From the NCBI GenBank assembly GCA_050261115.1, contig JBLNCY010000053.1, positions 1 through 64,000 on the forward strand: 64,000 bases of DNA, in the 5' to 3' direction. The notes beneath the pieces are model-generated. The model saw only the letters and a list, made by a program, of their open reading frames with translations. It searched no databases and was not told the origin of the DNA. Numbering within the stretch: the first letter of the stretch is position 1; each line of letters begins with the position of its first letter. Origin of the DNA: Methanocella sp. (lineage in GTDB: Archaea > Thermoproteota > Bathyarchaeia > Bathyarchaeales > Bathycorpusculaceae). Of this stretch, positions 38,261 to 47,593 are shown piece by piece. A program made the position numbers and the translations under genes.

Positions 38261-39040
38261 TCACTGGTCATCAGAGTTGGAGTTCCATTCCTTTTCAAAT
38301 ATCATCTGACTCAACCTAATGATCTGTGGATTGTTCGTGTGCAAGCTAGGTGTGTCTTTGTTAGATATGGTGATGTCTAATTCTTTATCGTCACAAAGTG
38401 TTAACCCAAAATCGAATTCGGTATCAACAAATTTCATTTTAAAATTAGGATTAGCCATTAACTTTGCAAGCTCTCGCGCTGAGACTTTAGGTAAATCACC
38501 TTTCCTAGATATGACTCGAATCTTTGCACCCTTTGACAAGGCCAGAAGCAGAGAATCGTGAAAATGATGGAGCATATAATGAATAGCCTTATCTGGAAGC
38601 ATTATTTCACATTTCAAAGCTTCAGAATAGGACTTTTTAAGTTTCATAACTAAGAGTTTTCATTCAGATGTTATGACGAATTCTGACTTACAGCTTTTGA
38701 TAGCTAAACCGGTGTTTTTCTCTGAATATTTATTTAATAGTTTGATACTGCTCTCCAGCTTGGTATGTTCCTCTGTTCTTTTCTGAAAAAGCCTTGCAGT
38801 GCCTTCGTTTAGGGGGATGGCTTTGTATAGTTTGGGCGTCGCTATAATTTCTTCTACAAGCCCGAGTTTTTCAAGTGTCGGCATTATTCTATAGATATCT
38901 TGTCTGGCGATGTTTGAAAGCTTTGAAACTAATCCTACTTCGGCTTTTTCCACGGTCGTGAGTGTTAGATAGGTTTTGGCCTGCAATTCTGTAAGATCGA
39001 GTCTCATGAGTAAGTCAAGAACTTTGTCGTTTTTTAGCAC
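38261..39040 (-). pseudogene. TrmB-like regulator interrupted by one in-frame TGA (38660-38662)
   Basis: N-terminal TrmB HTH (LTELQAKTYL...RQDIYR...LEKLGLVE) and C-terminal domain share one frame: SE*KLLVMK. Confidence 0.75.
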
Positions 39041-39216
39041 TTACTTGCCCCTCTCCGCAATTAGTTTTTAATTTTTGTTAAATATTTTTCTATTCAGTCT
39101 TTAAAGATTCATTATCAACCTGTGAATTCCATGCGACTTGTCAGAAGAGGCACTTGTTACAAGGTTTTAAGCCATCTTTGACTAATCCCGTTAGTTCATA
39201 AAAAGGAGAAAAAGAA

Positions 39217-41916
39217 ATGAATATTCAAAAAAATAGAGCTATAGCAATATTTATTGCAGCATTGCTTACTTTTTCCGTTGCAGCATCACTGATTCTAGTG
39301 CCAGACACTGCAGCACACAATCCACCATACCAGATCACTTCTTATGCCAAAGTCAGTATGCAACCTGAGGTAATTGGCGTAGGACAATCTATTATGGGCT
39401 ATGCATTCCTAGGAAACGGACCTCTTTCTGGCTCACTTATGACCAACGGAATCCGATTCCATAACTACACAGTATGGATTACCGACCCTGAGGGCAAAGT
39501 GACAGAATATCACTGGGATACCGTTGAAGACACAACCGGCGTGCAGATGTTCAGATATACGCCAACAATCGTAGGCCAATACAACGTTACCTTCACCTTC
39601 GGCGGCATGGTTCTAACAGTAAACGAAGTTACCTCTCCGACATCTCAAAGCATCGGCGACATATGGCTACCGAGCACAGCAACATGCACCTTCTATGCAC
39701 AAGAAGACCCACTGCCAAACTTCCCAGATAGCTATCCATTACCAAATGAATACTGGACTCGCCCAATCTACGGTGAAAACCCAGGATGGTACAGTATTTC
39801 GTCAAACTGGCTAGGCACCGGTTCACCTGTACTTTCAGAAACAGGCTACGGTGTAATCTCGGGAACAGGCATGCAGTCTGGTATCCAGAGATATCCAGGC
39901 GACGCCATCGGTTCCAAGACCGGTCACGTAATGTGGACTAAACCTATGCAATCCGGTGGTATTGTAGGCGGCGAAATGTACGAAATTGACGGGCAGTCAT
40001 TCTTTGAAGGCTCAGCATACATCAACAGATTCCAGAACCCCATCATCGTAGCTGGCATGCTAATCTACAAAGAACCACTCAACATGGCAAGCGCAGGCGG
40101 CGGCGACACAGTATGTGTCGACCTGTATACAGGCGAAGAAATCTGGCGCGATCCCACAATGCCGGCACTCTCATTTGCTTACGTACCCGACGTACAGAAC
40201 CCCAACCAGCACGGAGTATTCCAACCTATTCTTGCTACAAGCAACTGGGGAAGAGTCTTCGACGCATACACAGGAAAACCAATGTTCAATGTTACTGGCG
40301 TCCCAGGCGGTACCCTTGTAATGGGGCCAAACGGTGAACACATAAGATACAACTTGTTCAACAACGGCACATCCAGCAACCCAGACTGGTACATCTCTAT
40401 TTGGAATTCCACCTTAATGTGGGGCGGAATTGGCTATCACCCAGGGGAAACCGGAAGCACACCAGCAATCCAGACACAAACCGTAAACGGCGTAACATCA
40501 GTACAAGCAGGCCAAGGACGACGCTATAACTGGCTAGACGAAACTACACAGAACTTCTCCATACCTTGGAAGAACACACCACAATATAGGAACCTACAGT
40601 ATTCGGTGGTTGCAGCATACTACGATAACATCATGATATGCAGAAACGGCTCATACCCCAATCTCTCAGGAGTAACCCAGAACGTTTCAGGCACCATCTC
40701 ACTAACGAGCGCAAACTGGACATACTTCGCAATTGACCTAAACTGGAGCCACCACACATTCGGCCAGATACTATGGACAAGCCCAACCTACACATCACTG
40801 CAAGACAAAACCATTGGGTATGCAGGATCAGAACCGACAGCTAAGGTTTTCGTTGAATTATGCAAAGAAACAACGCAATTCACAGGTTATAGCATGGAAA
40901 CAGGCAAAAAACTCTGGACAACCGAGCCTTTATCAGATATGGACTACTTCGGCAACCCATCATTCCCATTCGCAGCGGCTCAAATGGCATACGGAAAACT
41001 ATACAGCCTCAACTACGCTGGTCTACTCTACTGCTTTGACCTAGCAGACGGTTCATTAGTCTGGACCTATGGAAACGGCGGCGAACGCAACAGCACACAA
41101 AGCGGCTTACAGATGCCCGGCTACTACCCAGGCTTCATAATGGGTGTAGGCGACGACATAGTATACATTGGTGCAACTCAACACACAATTATCACTCCGA
41201 TTCCGAAAGGCAACTTTATGCGCGGTATCAACGCTACAACAGGCCTAGAAATCTGGACCATCTCAGACTACACAGGCAGCTTCATGACCCTTTCATTCGC
41301 TATGGCTGATGGCTACTGTACATTCTTCAACGGCTACGACAACCAAATATACGCAGTAGGCAAAGGACCAACTTCACTGACAGTAACAGCGCCAGACCTA
41401 TCCGCAGCCTCAGGTCAACCCGTAGTCATACGCGGAAACGTGTATGATGTCTCGCCAGGCACACGCCAACACCAACTAGCTTCACGCTTCGCAAACGGCG
41501 TTCCAGTATCCTCAGATGCAAGCATGGCAGAATGGATGGGTTACCTCTATCAAGACAAACCACGGCCAAACAACTTTACCGGCGTTGAAGTTATACTCAC
41601 CGTAGTAGACTCCAACAACAACTACCGTACAATTGGTACAGCAGAAACTGACTATACAGGCGCATACAACTTCGTATGGCAACCAGATATCCCAGGCAAA
41701 TTCGATGTCATCGCAACCTTCGCAGGCTCAGAAGGCTACTGGGGCGCATCAGCTACCACAGCATTCAACGTTATGGAACCAGTAGTAACAGAGGCACCAA
41801 CACCAGAACCAGAATCTATCGCTGACACATACTTCGTACCAGCAATCGCAGGCTTACTCGTCGCTATCATTGCAGTCGGCGTAATCATTGTACTAGTTGT
41901 AAAGAAAAGACCATAA
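39217..41916 (+). CDS. Secreted PQQ-binding-like beta-propeller surface protein with C-terminal TM anchor
   Basis: Signal peptide; repeats DLYTGEEIW, SMETGKKLW, DLADGSLVW, NATTGLEIW; PT linker; TM helix plus KKRP. Confidence 0.85.
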   Translation: MNIQKNRAIAIFIAALLTFSVAASLILVPDTAAHNPPYQITSYAKVSMQPEVIGVGQSIMGYAFLGNGPLSGSLMTNGIRFHNYTVWITDPEGKVTEYHWDTVEDTTGVQMFRYTPTIVGQYNVTFTFGGMVLTVNEVTSPTSQSIGDIWLPSTATCTFYAQEDPLPNFPDSYPLPNEYWTRPIYGENPGWYSISSNWLGTGSPVLSETGYGVISGTGMQSGIQRYPGDAIGSKTGHVMWTKPMQSGGIVGGEMYEIDGQSFFEGSAYINRFQNPIIVAGMLIYKEPLNMASAGGGDTVCVDLYTGEEIWRDPTMPALSFAYVPDVQNPNQHGVFQPILATSNWGRVFDAYTGKPMFNVTGVPGGTLVMGPNGEHIRYNLFNNGTSSNPDWYISIWNSTLMWGGIGYHPGETGSTPAIQTQTVNGVTSVQAGQGRRYNWLDETTQNFSIPWKNTPQYRNLQYSVVAAYYDNIMICRNGSYPNLSGVTQNVSGTISLTSANWTYFAIDLNWSHHTFGQILWTSPTYTSLQDKTIGYAGSEPTAKVFVELCKETTQFTGYSMETGKKLWTTEPLSDMDYFGNPSFPFAAAQMAYGKLYSLNYAGLLYCFDLADGSLVWTYGNGGERNSTQSGLQMPGYYPGFIMGVGDDIVYIGATQHTIITPIPKGNFMRGINATTGLEIWTISDYTGSFMTLSFAMADGYCTFFNGYDNQIYAVGKGPTSLTVTAPDLSAASGQPVVIRGNVYDVSPGTRQHQLASRFANGVPVSSDASMAEWMGYLYQDKPRPNNFTGVEVILTVVDSNNNYRTIGTAETDYTGAYNFVWQPDIPGKFDVIATFAGSEGYWGASATTAFNVMEPVVTEAPTPEPESIADTYFVPAIAGLLVAIIAVGVIIVLVVKKRP

Positions 41917-42183
41917 GGTGAAAGTTCAATGAAAAACTTTCCCTCCCTTTTTTTAGTTTAAGCTTGAGTTCAATTGGGGCTGAGTGGGTTTCTGGGCAGA
42001 TTTACGGTGGTTGCAAGTCATCGTGGTTTGTGTTCTCATTTTGTCTTTCTCCTAAAGATTGGTGATTCAGAAGCCTCAGCAAACCCAATAATTGACTCGG
42101 GCAATCTTCAGCTCTTTTAGCTTTTGAATCCTATGTGTCCCAAGACAATTCTACGCCATGTTATAGTGAGAGGGCTAAACCTC

Positions 42184-42228
42184 TTCGCCTTTATATAAGA
42201 GGAGGGAGCCTGCTGAAAGCAACAGAAC
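42184..42228 (+). repeat. Dispersed intergenic repeat, copy 4 (partial fifth copy at 42238-42261)
   Basis: TTTATATAAGAGGAGGGAGCCTGCTGAAAGCAACAGA; then TTGACTCTTTAATAAGGGGGGAGG. Confidence 0.55.
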
Positions 42229-42530
42229 GCTGCCTATTTGACTCTTTAATAAGGGGGGAGGTACACTTGACGTAGGTAGGTACTGTCATGTTTGAGGTTG
42301 TTTTAAGCGTGGATACAACCCCTTCAACGAAAAAGGAACTTTCGAACCCAAAGAACCGCATTTAGGCAAAAATCAGGTAAATCCAATTTTACCTCAATAA
42401 CTCTTTGGTTCCCCTGTTGTATCCCATGAACAAACAATTAACGCAGTTTAAGCCATTATTGAGCCTTTTCTTGAGCTTTTTTTCCATGCTTTTACATCAT
42501 TATCGGCTTTTCCAGGAATTGCATTGATTT

Positions 42531-43208
42531 TTATTCTGGGTTTGCTGCTCTGGGCAGAAGCTCAAGGAGTTTGTCGATTAGTTCCTCTCTGCTTGTTAGG
42601 ATGTCTATTTTCTGTTTACTCTTGGCTGGGTATTCTTGGAAGAAGTCGTAGGCTAATTGAGAAAGAGTGTTTTGGGCTTTCTTTTTTGAAAGCTGATAAA
42701 CCGTTTGCTCTATGGCTTGCTGTACTGCCCTAATGCAGTTGGCTCGGCCGAGTTTTTTCCCAGTCACTATGAAACTGACTTTAGCCGCAAGCAACTGATC
42801 TGCCAATATGTCTTCAAAGAGCGTTTGCTCTCTCATCCTAAAGTGAAACTCGTACTGCTGATGAATAAACGAGTAAACAAGCATTCGCACTAACAGCATT
42901 TTTAGCGTGTTTATGCTGTCTGTTCTGGCGATGAACAGGTTGATTTCCAGAGGATTCTCTTCGCTCAGTATACCATCAAGTTGGTTATCAGCCAACCTCC
43001 GATTCAGCATCACTTTGATTCCTTCCTGCCTTGCGATTTCCGGGAAAACGCAGCCGCAGGAATCCTCGATTTTACGTAGTACCTTGGAACTGTTTTTGTT
43101 CCAGTCCTTTTCTAGGAGTTCCTTCTTTTTCTTAAGCCATTCACGGTCGCTTTTAACAATACCATTTCCTAGCTTGAAGGTAAGCGCAATATCCTCTATT
43201 TGAAACAC
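42531..43208 (-). CDS. Hypothetical protein
   Basis: 225-aa open frame with protein-like composition; no family recognised. Confidence 0.65.
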   Translation of the reverse strand: MFQIEDIALTFKLGNGIVKSDREWLKKKKELLEKDWNKNSSKVLRKIEDSCGCVFPEIARQEGIKVMLNRRLADNQLDGILSEENPLEINLFIARTDSINTLKMLLVRMLVYSFIHQQYEFHFRMREQTLFEDILADQLLAAKVSFIVTGKKLGRANCIRAVQQAIEQTVYQLSKKKAQNTLSQLAYDFFQEYPAKSKQKIDILTSREELIDKLLELLPRAANPE

Positions 43209-43285
43209 CTAAGCATGAATAGCGCTGATCACATCTAAATTTTATTGTAGCAAACACACCAACGCTATGCAGATATTTGGCAGTT

Positions 43286-44212
43286 TTAGGCTGTTCCTCG
43301 TCGTATATAGGCTGATGCCCTCATAGCTGCTAATGCGCCCTCGCCGGCCGCGGTTGAAACCTGCATTCCACCGCACGTGCAGTCTCCTGCAGCATAAACT
43401 CCGCTGATATTTGTTTGCTGATGGCGATCCACGGTTAGGCAGCCTCGGTGGTCGGTTGCTATGCCTGCTTTCTGTACAATGGCCGTTAAGGGAACGCCGC
43501 CAAGCGCTATAAAGACGCCTCTAACTTCTAGCTGCTGTGTCTGCTGCTGGTTTTGGATTTTTATGGCGTTTACCACTTGGTCGCCTACTATTTCGGTGAC
43601 GGTGCCAGAGACAAATTCGACGTTAGGTTTGGCTTTAAGCCGCTCAATTATGGTGCCCTCTACTTCTAAGCCATCTTTGCTTATGACCGTAACTTTTGAT
43701 GCTAAATCGCTCAACGTTAATGCGTCAAACGCCGCTTCCTCACCGCTTCCCACAACCGCTATGGCTTTGTTCCGGAAGAAGGGTCCATCGCAGGTGGCGC
43801 AGTAGCTTACTCCTCTGCCGAGGTATTCTGTCTCGCCTGCGACACGGAGTTTACGATGTTGGGTGCCGGTTGCGATGATAAGCGCTTTTGCGAGGTAGGT
43901 TTGCTTGCGTGAAGAAACCCGTTTCTGGGCGTCGTTTGCTTCTATGTTTATGACTTCTTCGTCTTGGTGTATTTGGGCTTTGAAGCGTTCGGCCTGCTGC
44001 TTCATTCTTTCGATGAGTTCGCTGCCTTTGATGCCCTCTGGGAAGCCCGGATAATTCTCTAAATTCGGCGCCAGATACGCCCTACCGCCTGCGACGCCTG
44101 ATTCGAGCACGATAGTTTTTAGTCCAAGCCATCCAGCGTAGATGGCTGCAGTTAAGCCTGCTGGTCCAGCGCCGATAATTACTACGTCCACTATGTCTGC
44201 TTGTTGACTCAT
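43286..44212 (-). CDS. trxB: Thioredoxin reductase
   Basis: GAGPAGLTAA, GVSYCATCDG, YAAGD. Confidence 0.92.
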   Translation of the reverse strand: MSQQADIVDVVIIGAGPAGLTAAIYAGWLGLKTIVLESGVAGGRAYLAPNLENYPGFPEGIKGSELIERMKQQAERFKAQIHQDEEVINIEANDAQKRVSSRKQTYLAKALIIATGTQHRKLRVAGETEYLGRGVSYCATCDGPFFRNKAIAVVGSGEEAAFDALTLSDLASKVTVISKDGLEVEGTIIERLKAKPNVEFVSGTVTEIVGDQVVNAIKIQNQQQTQQLEVRGVFIALGGVPLTAIVQKAGIATDHRGCLTVDRHQQTNISGVYAAGDCTCGGMQVSTAAGEGALAAMRASAYIRRGTA

Positions 44213-44280
44213 AGAAAAACCTCAACGCTGCGTGTCTAGAGTCTTCTGGAGTAACAAAAAGATTACGGAACGTCATTTGC

Positions 44281-44670
44281 CTATTGGGTTTCGATGTCTT
44301 CTTCGTCTATGACGTTTAGGAATTGTTTAATTTTGCTCATAATGCTCTGGAGGCTTGTTTGGGTTAGAGGGGGGTCATATTTTATTCTGAGTACGTCCCA
44401 GCCTTGTAGTTCAAGGAGTTCGTCGATTTCGCGGTCTTTTTGGATTGCTTTGTCTTTGTTGTGGACTGGGTTGCCGTCGAGGTAGACGATTTTGCGTTTC
44501 TCTGGCCAGCAAAAGTCGGGGATGGTTGATCGTAGGATGATGGGTTTTTGTGTGACCATGCCGCTGGTTAAGTTTGCCATGCTGAGGGCTTGGAAGAGGC
44601 TGATTTCTGCTTTGCTAACTTTTGGATGCATGAGTGCTTGGTAATTCAAGTTGTTCACGACGCAACGCAT
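44281..44670 (-). CDS. Vsr / DUF559-like endonuclease domain protein
   Basis: SKAE...PDF...VYLDG..H...DREIDELLELQGWDVLRI. Confidence 0.65.
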   Translation of the reverse strand: MRCVVNNLNYQALMHPKVSKAEISLFQALSMANLTSGMVTQKPIILRSTIPDFCWPEKRKIVYLDGNPVHNKDKAIQKDREIDELLELQGWDVLRIKYDPPLTQTSLQSIMSKIKQFLNVIDEEDIETQ

Positions 44671-45039
44671 AGTCTCTAATTGCTTATAAGGCTATGACCC
44701 AAGCGACCTTGCGTATCCTGAGGGGGGTGATTGTAAGTAAAAGTAGGCCTAGCGGATCGCCACTGTTAAAAGCGCGGCGCACATCAAAAATAGTACCCAT
44801 CTCCTTCTTATGGGCAAAAGCGATGATGCGTCCGTTTTAACCTGCTAACCCGCCAAGCGTGGGTGTACCTCTTGGATGGCTATTTCTCGCAGAAAACACT
44901 ATTTTTCACCGAGTATAAATGGAGTTGTGACTGTTAATAGTGTACAACAAATAGTCAGTTACCAACATTGGGCTCAACTGTTAATTATTTTGGGTTCTTC
45001 TCTGTAGACGGCAGGATGAAGGTTAACGTTTATCGCAGC

Positions 45040-45593
45040 AGTGTGGGGGAAGCTGCATAGATTAGGTCTAGCGGCTAAATCCACTTTGGGCAATGGAGTG
45101 CAGAGGCGGGGGCAGGCTTGCTGGTGCTGTTTGTGGTGGGTGAGGTTGCTTTTAGCTGTCTGGATGCGTATGTTTGGATTGAGCAGGACAGCATCGTTGT
45201 TCCAGTGGAGCAGGCAAACTTCTATGCCGGTAGCGGTTTAGCATCTAACCAGACCCCTTATAGTGGCCACGGAGGTCAATCACTTTAACAAGTATACGGT
45301 CTCATTATACCTAAACACCCGAGACTCCATGCGGAACTATAACGACCTGCCAGCAGTACCCGGCAGCGGCAATGGACAGCTTCGCACCCCCTTTAATGTT
45401 GCAGAGCTTGTGGATATGTGTCAAGCGTATAACATGCGGTATGTTTTGCTGTTTGAGTACGGCAAGGACCTGCAGTATTTTCAGTCGGAGCTCACAGCCT
45501 CAAAAATCTACAGCTTACTTGACGATTCGGGCTACCTCTACATTGGCGGAGGCGTTTTGTGAGGAGCCAAACAGTACATTTGTCTTTGAATAA
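45040..45593 (+). pseudogene. Frameshifted remnant of the C-terminus of a membrane glycosyltransferase-like protein
   Basis: Protein-like segments in successive frames (AGLLVLFVV..DAYVWIEQDSIVVPVEQA / TPFNVAELVDMC..RYVLLFEYG / FCEEPNSTFVFE); no start. Confidence 0.5.
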
Positions 45594-45660
45594 AACCTAC
45601 AACCATAAGCAGCGGTGGAAAGGATTAATGCAGGCTCACCCCGATATAGATGGATAAGTT

Positions 45661-46224
45661 ATGACTAAACTAGACCTCGACCAGCAAACCCTACTAAAAC
45701 TAAAAGACCTAACCGGAACAGATCACTACAGCTTCCTAGGATTCACGCTTCACACCCAAACCGGCGCCATAGACGACACCCTTGCCAGAGGCCGAACCCT
45801 AAACGACTACACCATAATGATCCTAACCACATTGCTAACCCACTATGCTAAGAGCACCCCCAAACCAGCATCAGGCAACCTCATAAAATACAAGGATCTT
45901 CCAGGCGGATGTGCCTATGCAGAAGCACTCAACAGAACAGCGATTCAACCCATCGCAGAAGTCTTCGGCAATAACCCCCAAGACCTCGCCGTTGCAGCGC
46001 AACAAATCGGCGGCAAACCCCAAAATTTCGGCGACTGCTCTGTCCAGATCGAAGCACTCAAAGGTATTCCCTTGACCTATACGGTTTGGGGGAGTGAGGA
46101 GTATCCAGCCTCCGCAAACATATTGTATGATGAAACGGCAAGCAGTTACCTTCACACTGAAGATTTAGCTGTGTTGGCAGAACTTGCAACGTGCAGGCTG
46201 ATTCAGGCGAAATTGGAAAGTTAA
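45661..46224 (+). CDS. DUF3786 family protein
   Basis: LLTHY...YKDLPGG..Y...IPLTYTVWGSEEYPASANILYD...LHTEDL. Confidence 0.8.
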   Translation: MTKLDLDQQTLLKLKDLTGTDHYSFLGFTLHTQTGAIDDTLARGRTLNDYTIMILTTLLTHYAKSTPKPASGNLIKYKDLPGGCAYAEALNRTAIQPIAEVFGNNPQDLAVAAQQIGGKPQNFGDCSVQIEALKGIPLTYTVWGSEEYPASANILYDETASSYLHTEDLAVLAELATCRLIQAKLES

Positions 46225-46250
46225 TTTAGCTGCAACACCCCCATTATACT

Positions 46251-47099
46251 GTGGGGATGCTTTTGTTGACACAAAACAATAATCTGAAAGAAACCTCAGG
46301 CATAGTGGACATTGCATATGAGGAGTATAAGCGTGACCTCCCAAGTGCCCAGACGGCAAAGGACCTCATGAGCTCCAACGTAGTCACGGCAACCCCTGAG
46401 ACTCCGCTTGAGGAAGCCGCGAAATTAATGGGGGAGAAACATATCGGAAGCCTCATTGTAGTCAAGTATCAGACGCCTGTGGGGATAATTACCGAGCGAG
46501 ACCTTTTCAGTAAAGTATTCGCTTTAGGCTTGTTCTTAAAAGACGAGAAAGTCGACGACGTAATGTCCTATCCGCTATCAGGTGTCTCTGTCTTGGCGTC
46601 GGTGAAGGAGGTAGCGCAGGCACTTATAAGCAAAAAGGGCCGATTGGGTGTATTCGATGCGGGTACGCTCGTGGGGGTTATTACGGCTTCAGATTTAATC
46701 AAAAGCCTACCCGATGGGCCGGAAACAGCGGCTAGGGTTGATGACTTCATGACTAAAGCAGTCGTCTATGCCGATGAGGAGACCTCTGTGGATGAAATCG
46801 CCAGAATGATGGGGCAACAACGCATCGGCAGCGTCCTAATTACCCGTAACGGCGAACCCTTTGGCATCTTTACTGAGCGGGATTTATTGACTTCGTTTTT
46901 GGCATGCGGCAGAGCATTATACACAGATGTCGGATCTGAATGCTCAAGCCCCCTGGTTACCATACCCAGCGGTACAAGTATCCATAGAACAGCTGCAACA
47001 ATGGCATTAAAGCATATTCGGCGTCTCCCTGTAGTCAAGGACGGGAAAATTATTGGAATTATTACCGCGCGGGATCTTGTGGAGGCATACGCCAAGTAG
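46251..47099 (+). CDS. Four-CBS-domain protein
   Basis: Repeated IGSL/V and GIITERDL / GIITARDL. Confidence 0.88.
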   Translation: MGMLLLTQNNNLKETSGIVDIAYEEYKRDLPSAQTAKDLMSSNVVTATPETPLEEAAKLMGEKHIGSLIVVKYQTPVGIITERDLFSKVFALGLFLKDEKVDDVMSYPLSGVSVLASVKEVAQALISKKGRLGVFDAGTLVGVITASDLIKSLPDGPETAARVDDFMTKAVVYADEETSVDEIARMMGQQRIGSVLITRNGEPFGIFTERDLLTSFLACGRALYTDVGSECSSPLVTIPSGTSIHRTAATMALKHIRRLPVVKDGKIIGIITARDLVEAYAK

Positions 47100-47593
47100 C
47101 CTCTCCGATTTATTATAGTCGGCTGGTTGTTTTTTCCAAACGGGTTTGCGCTTTTTATCTCATTTTTCAATGTATCTGCGGTTTTGGGGGCAAAAATTAT
47201 CTCAAGGCGGCTAATCAGGTTCTTGTCAACAATTTTTAAATATGTATTGCACGGAAGGAAGCATAATTAATAGTTGCCTAACAGGGGGGCAAGCCTGGCG
47301 GGGCGAGATAGAAGGCTCAAGTGACTCTTAATAGAGCCAGCTATGCCGAATTTATCTTCTTTGCCTCAAAGTTAGGCCACCATTACAAAATAATTTTTGT
47401 TGCAACCGCTATAAATATTTAACGTTAAAATTCACATAACCAAACTGCACTTGTTTCATTTTACTACTTTTTCAACCAAATAACTAATCAAATTTGAGAG
47501 TCCACGACCATCAAACATAAACTGCCCTAATCTACTTTCACCGCTAAGCATCACACCACTCTAACACCATAATTCTTATATCTGTGCTCATCC

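Noticed and set aside
38660-38662. Selenocysteine codon in the TrmB-like gene
   Set aside because: No redox or Cys-equivalent context and no recognisable SECIS; a nonsense mutation or sequencing error is simpler.
42531-43208. Zincin metallopeptidase
   Set aside because: No HExxH motif; the resemblance is too weak to call.
37566-45600. Integrated element at tRNA-Ser
   Set aside because: No integrase and no duplicated tRNA 3' end was seen; the same holds for tRNA-Arg and tRNA-Met.
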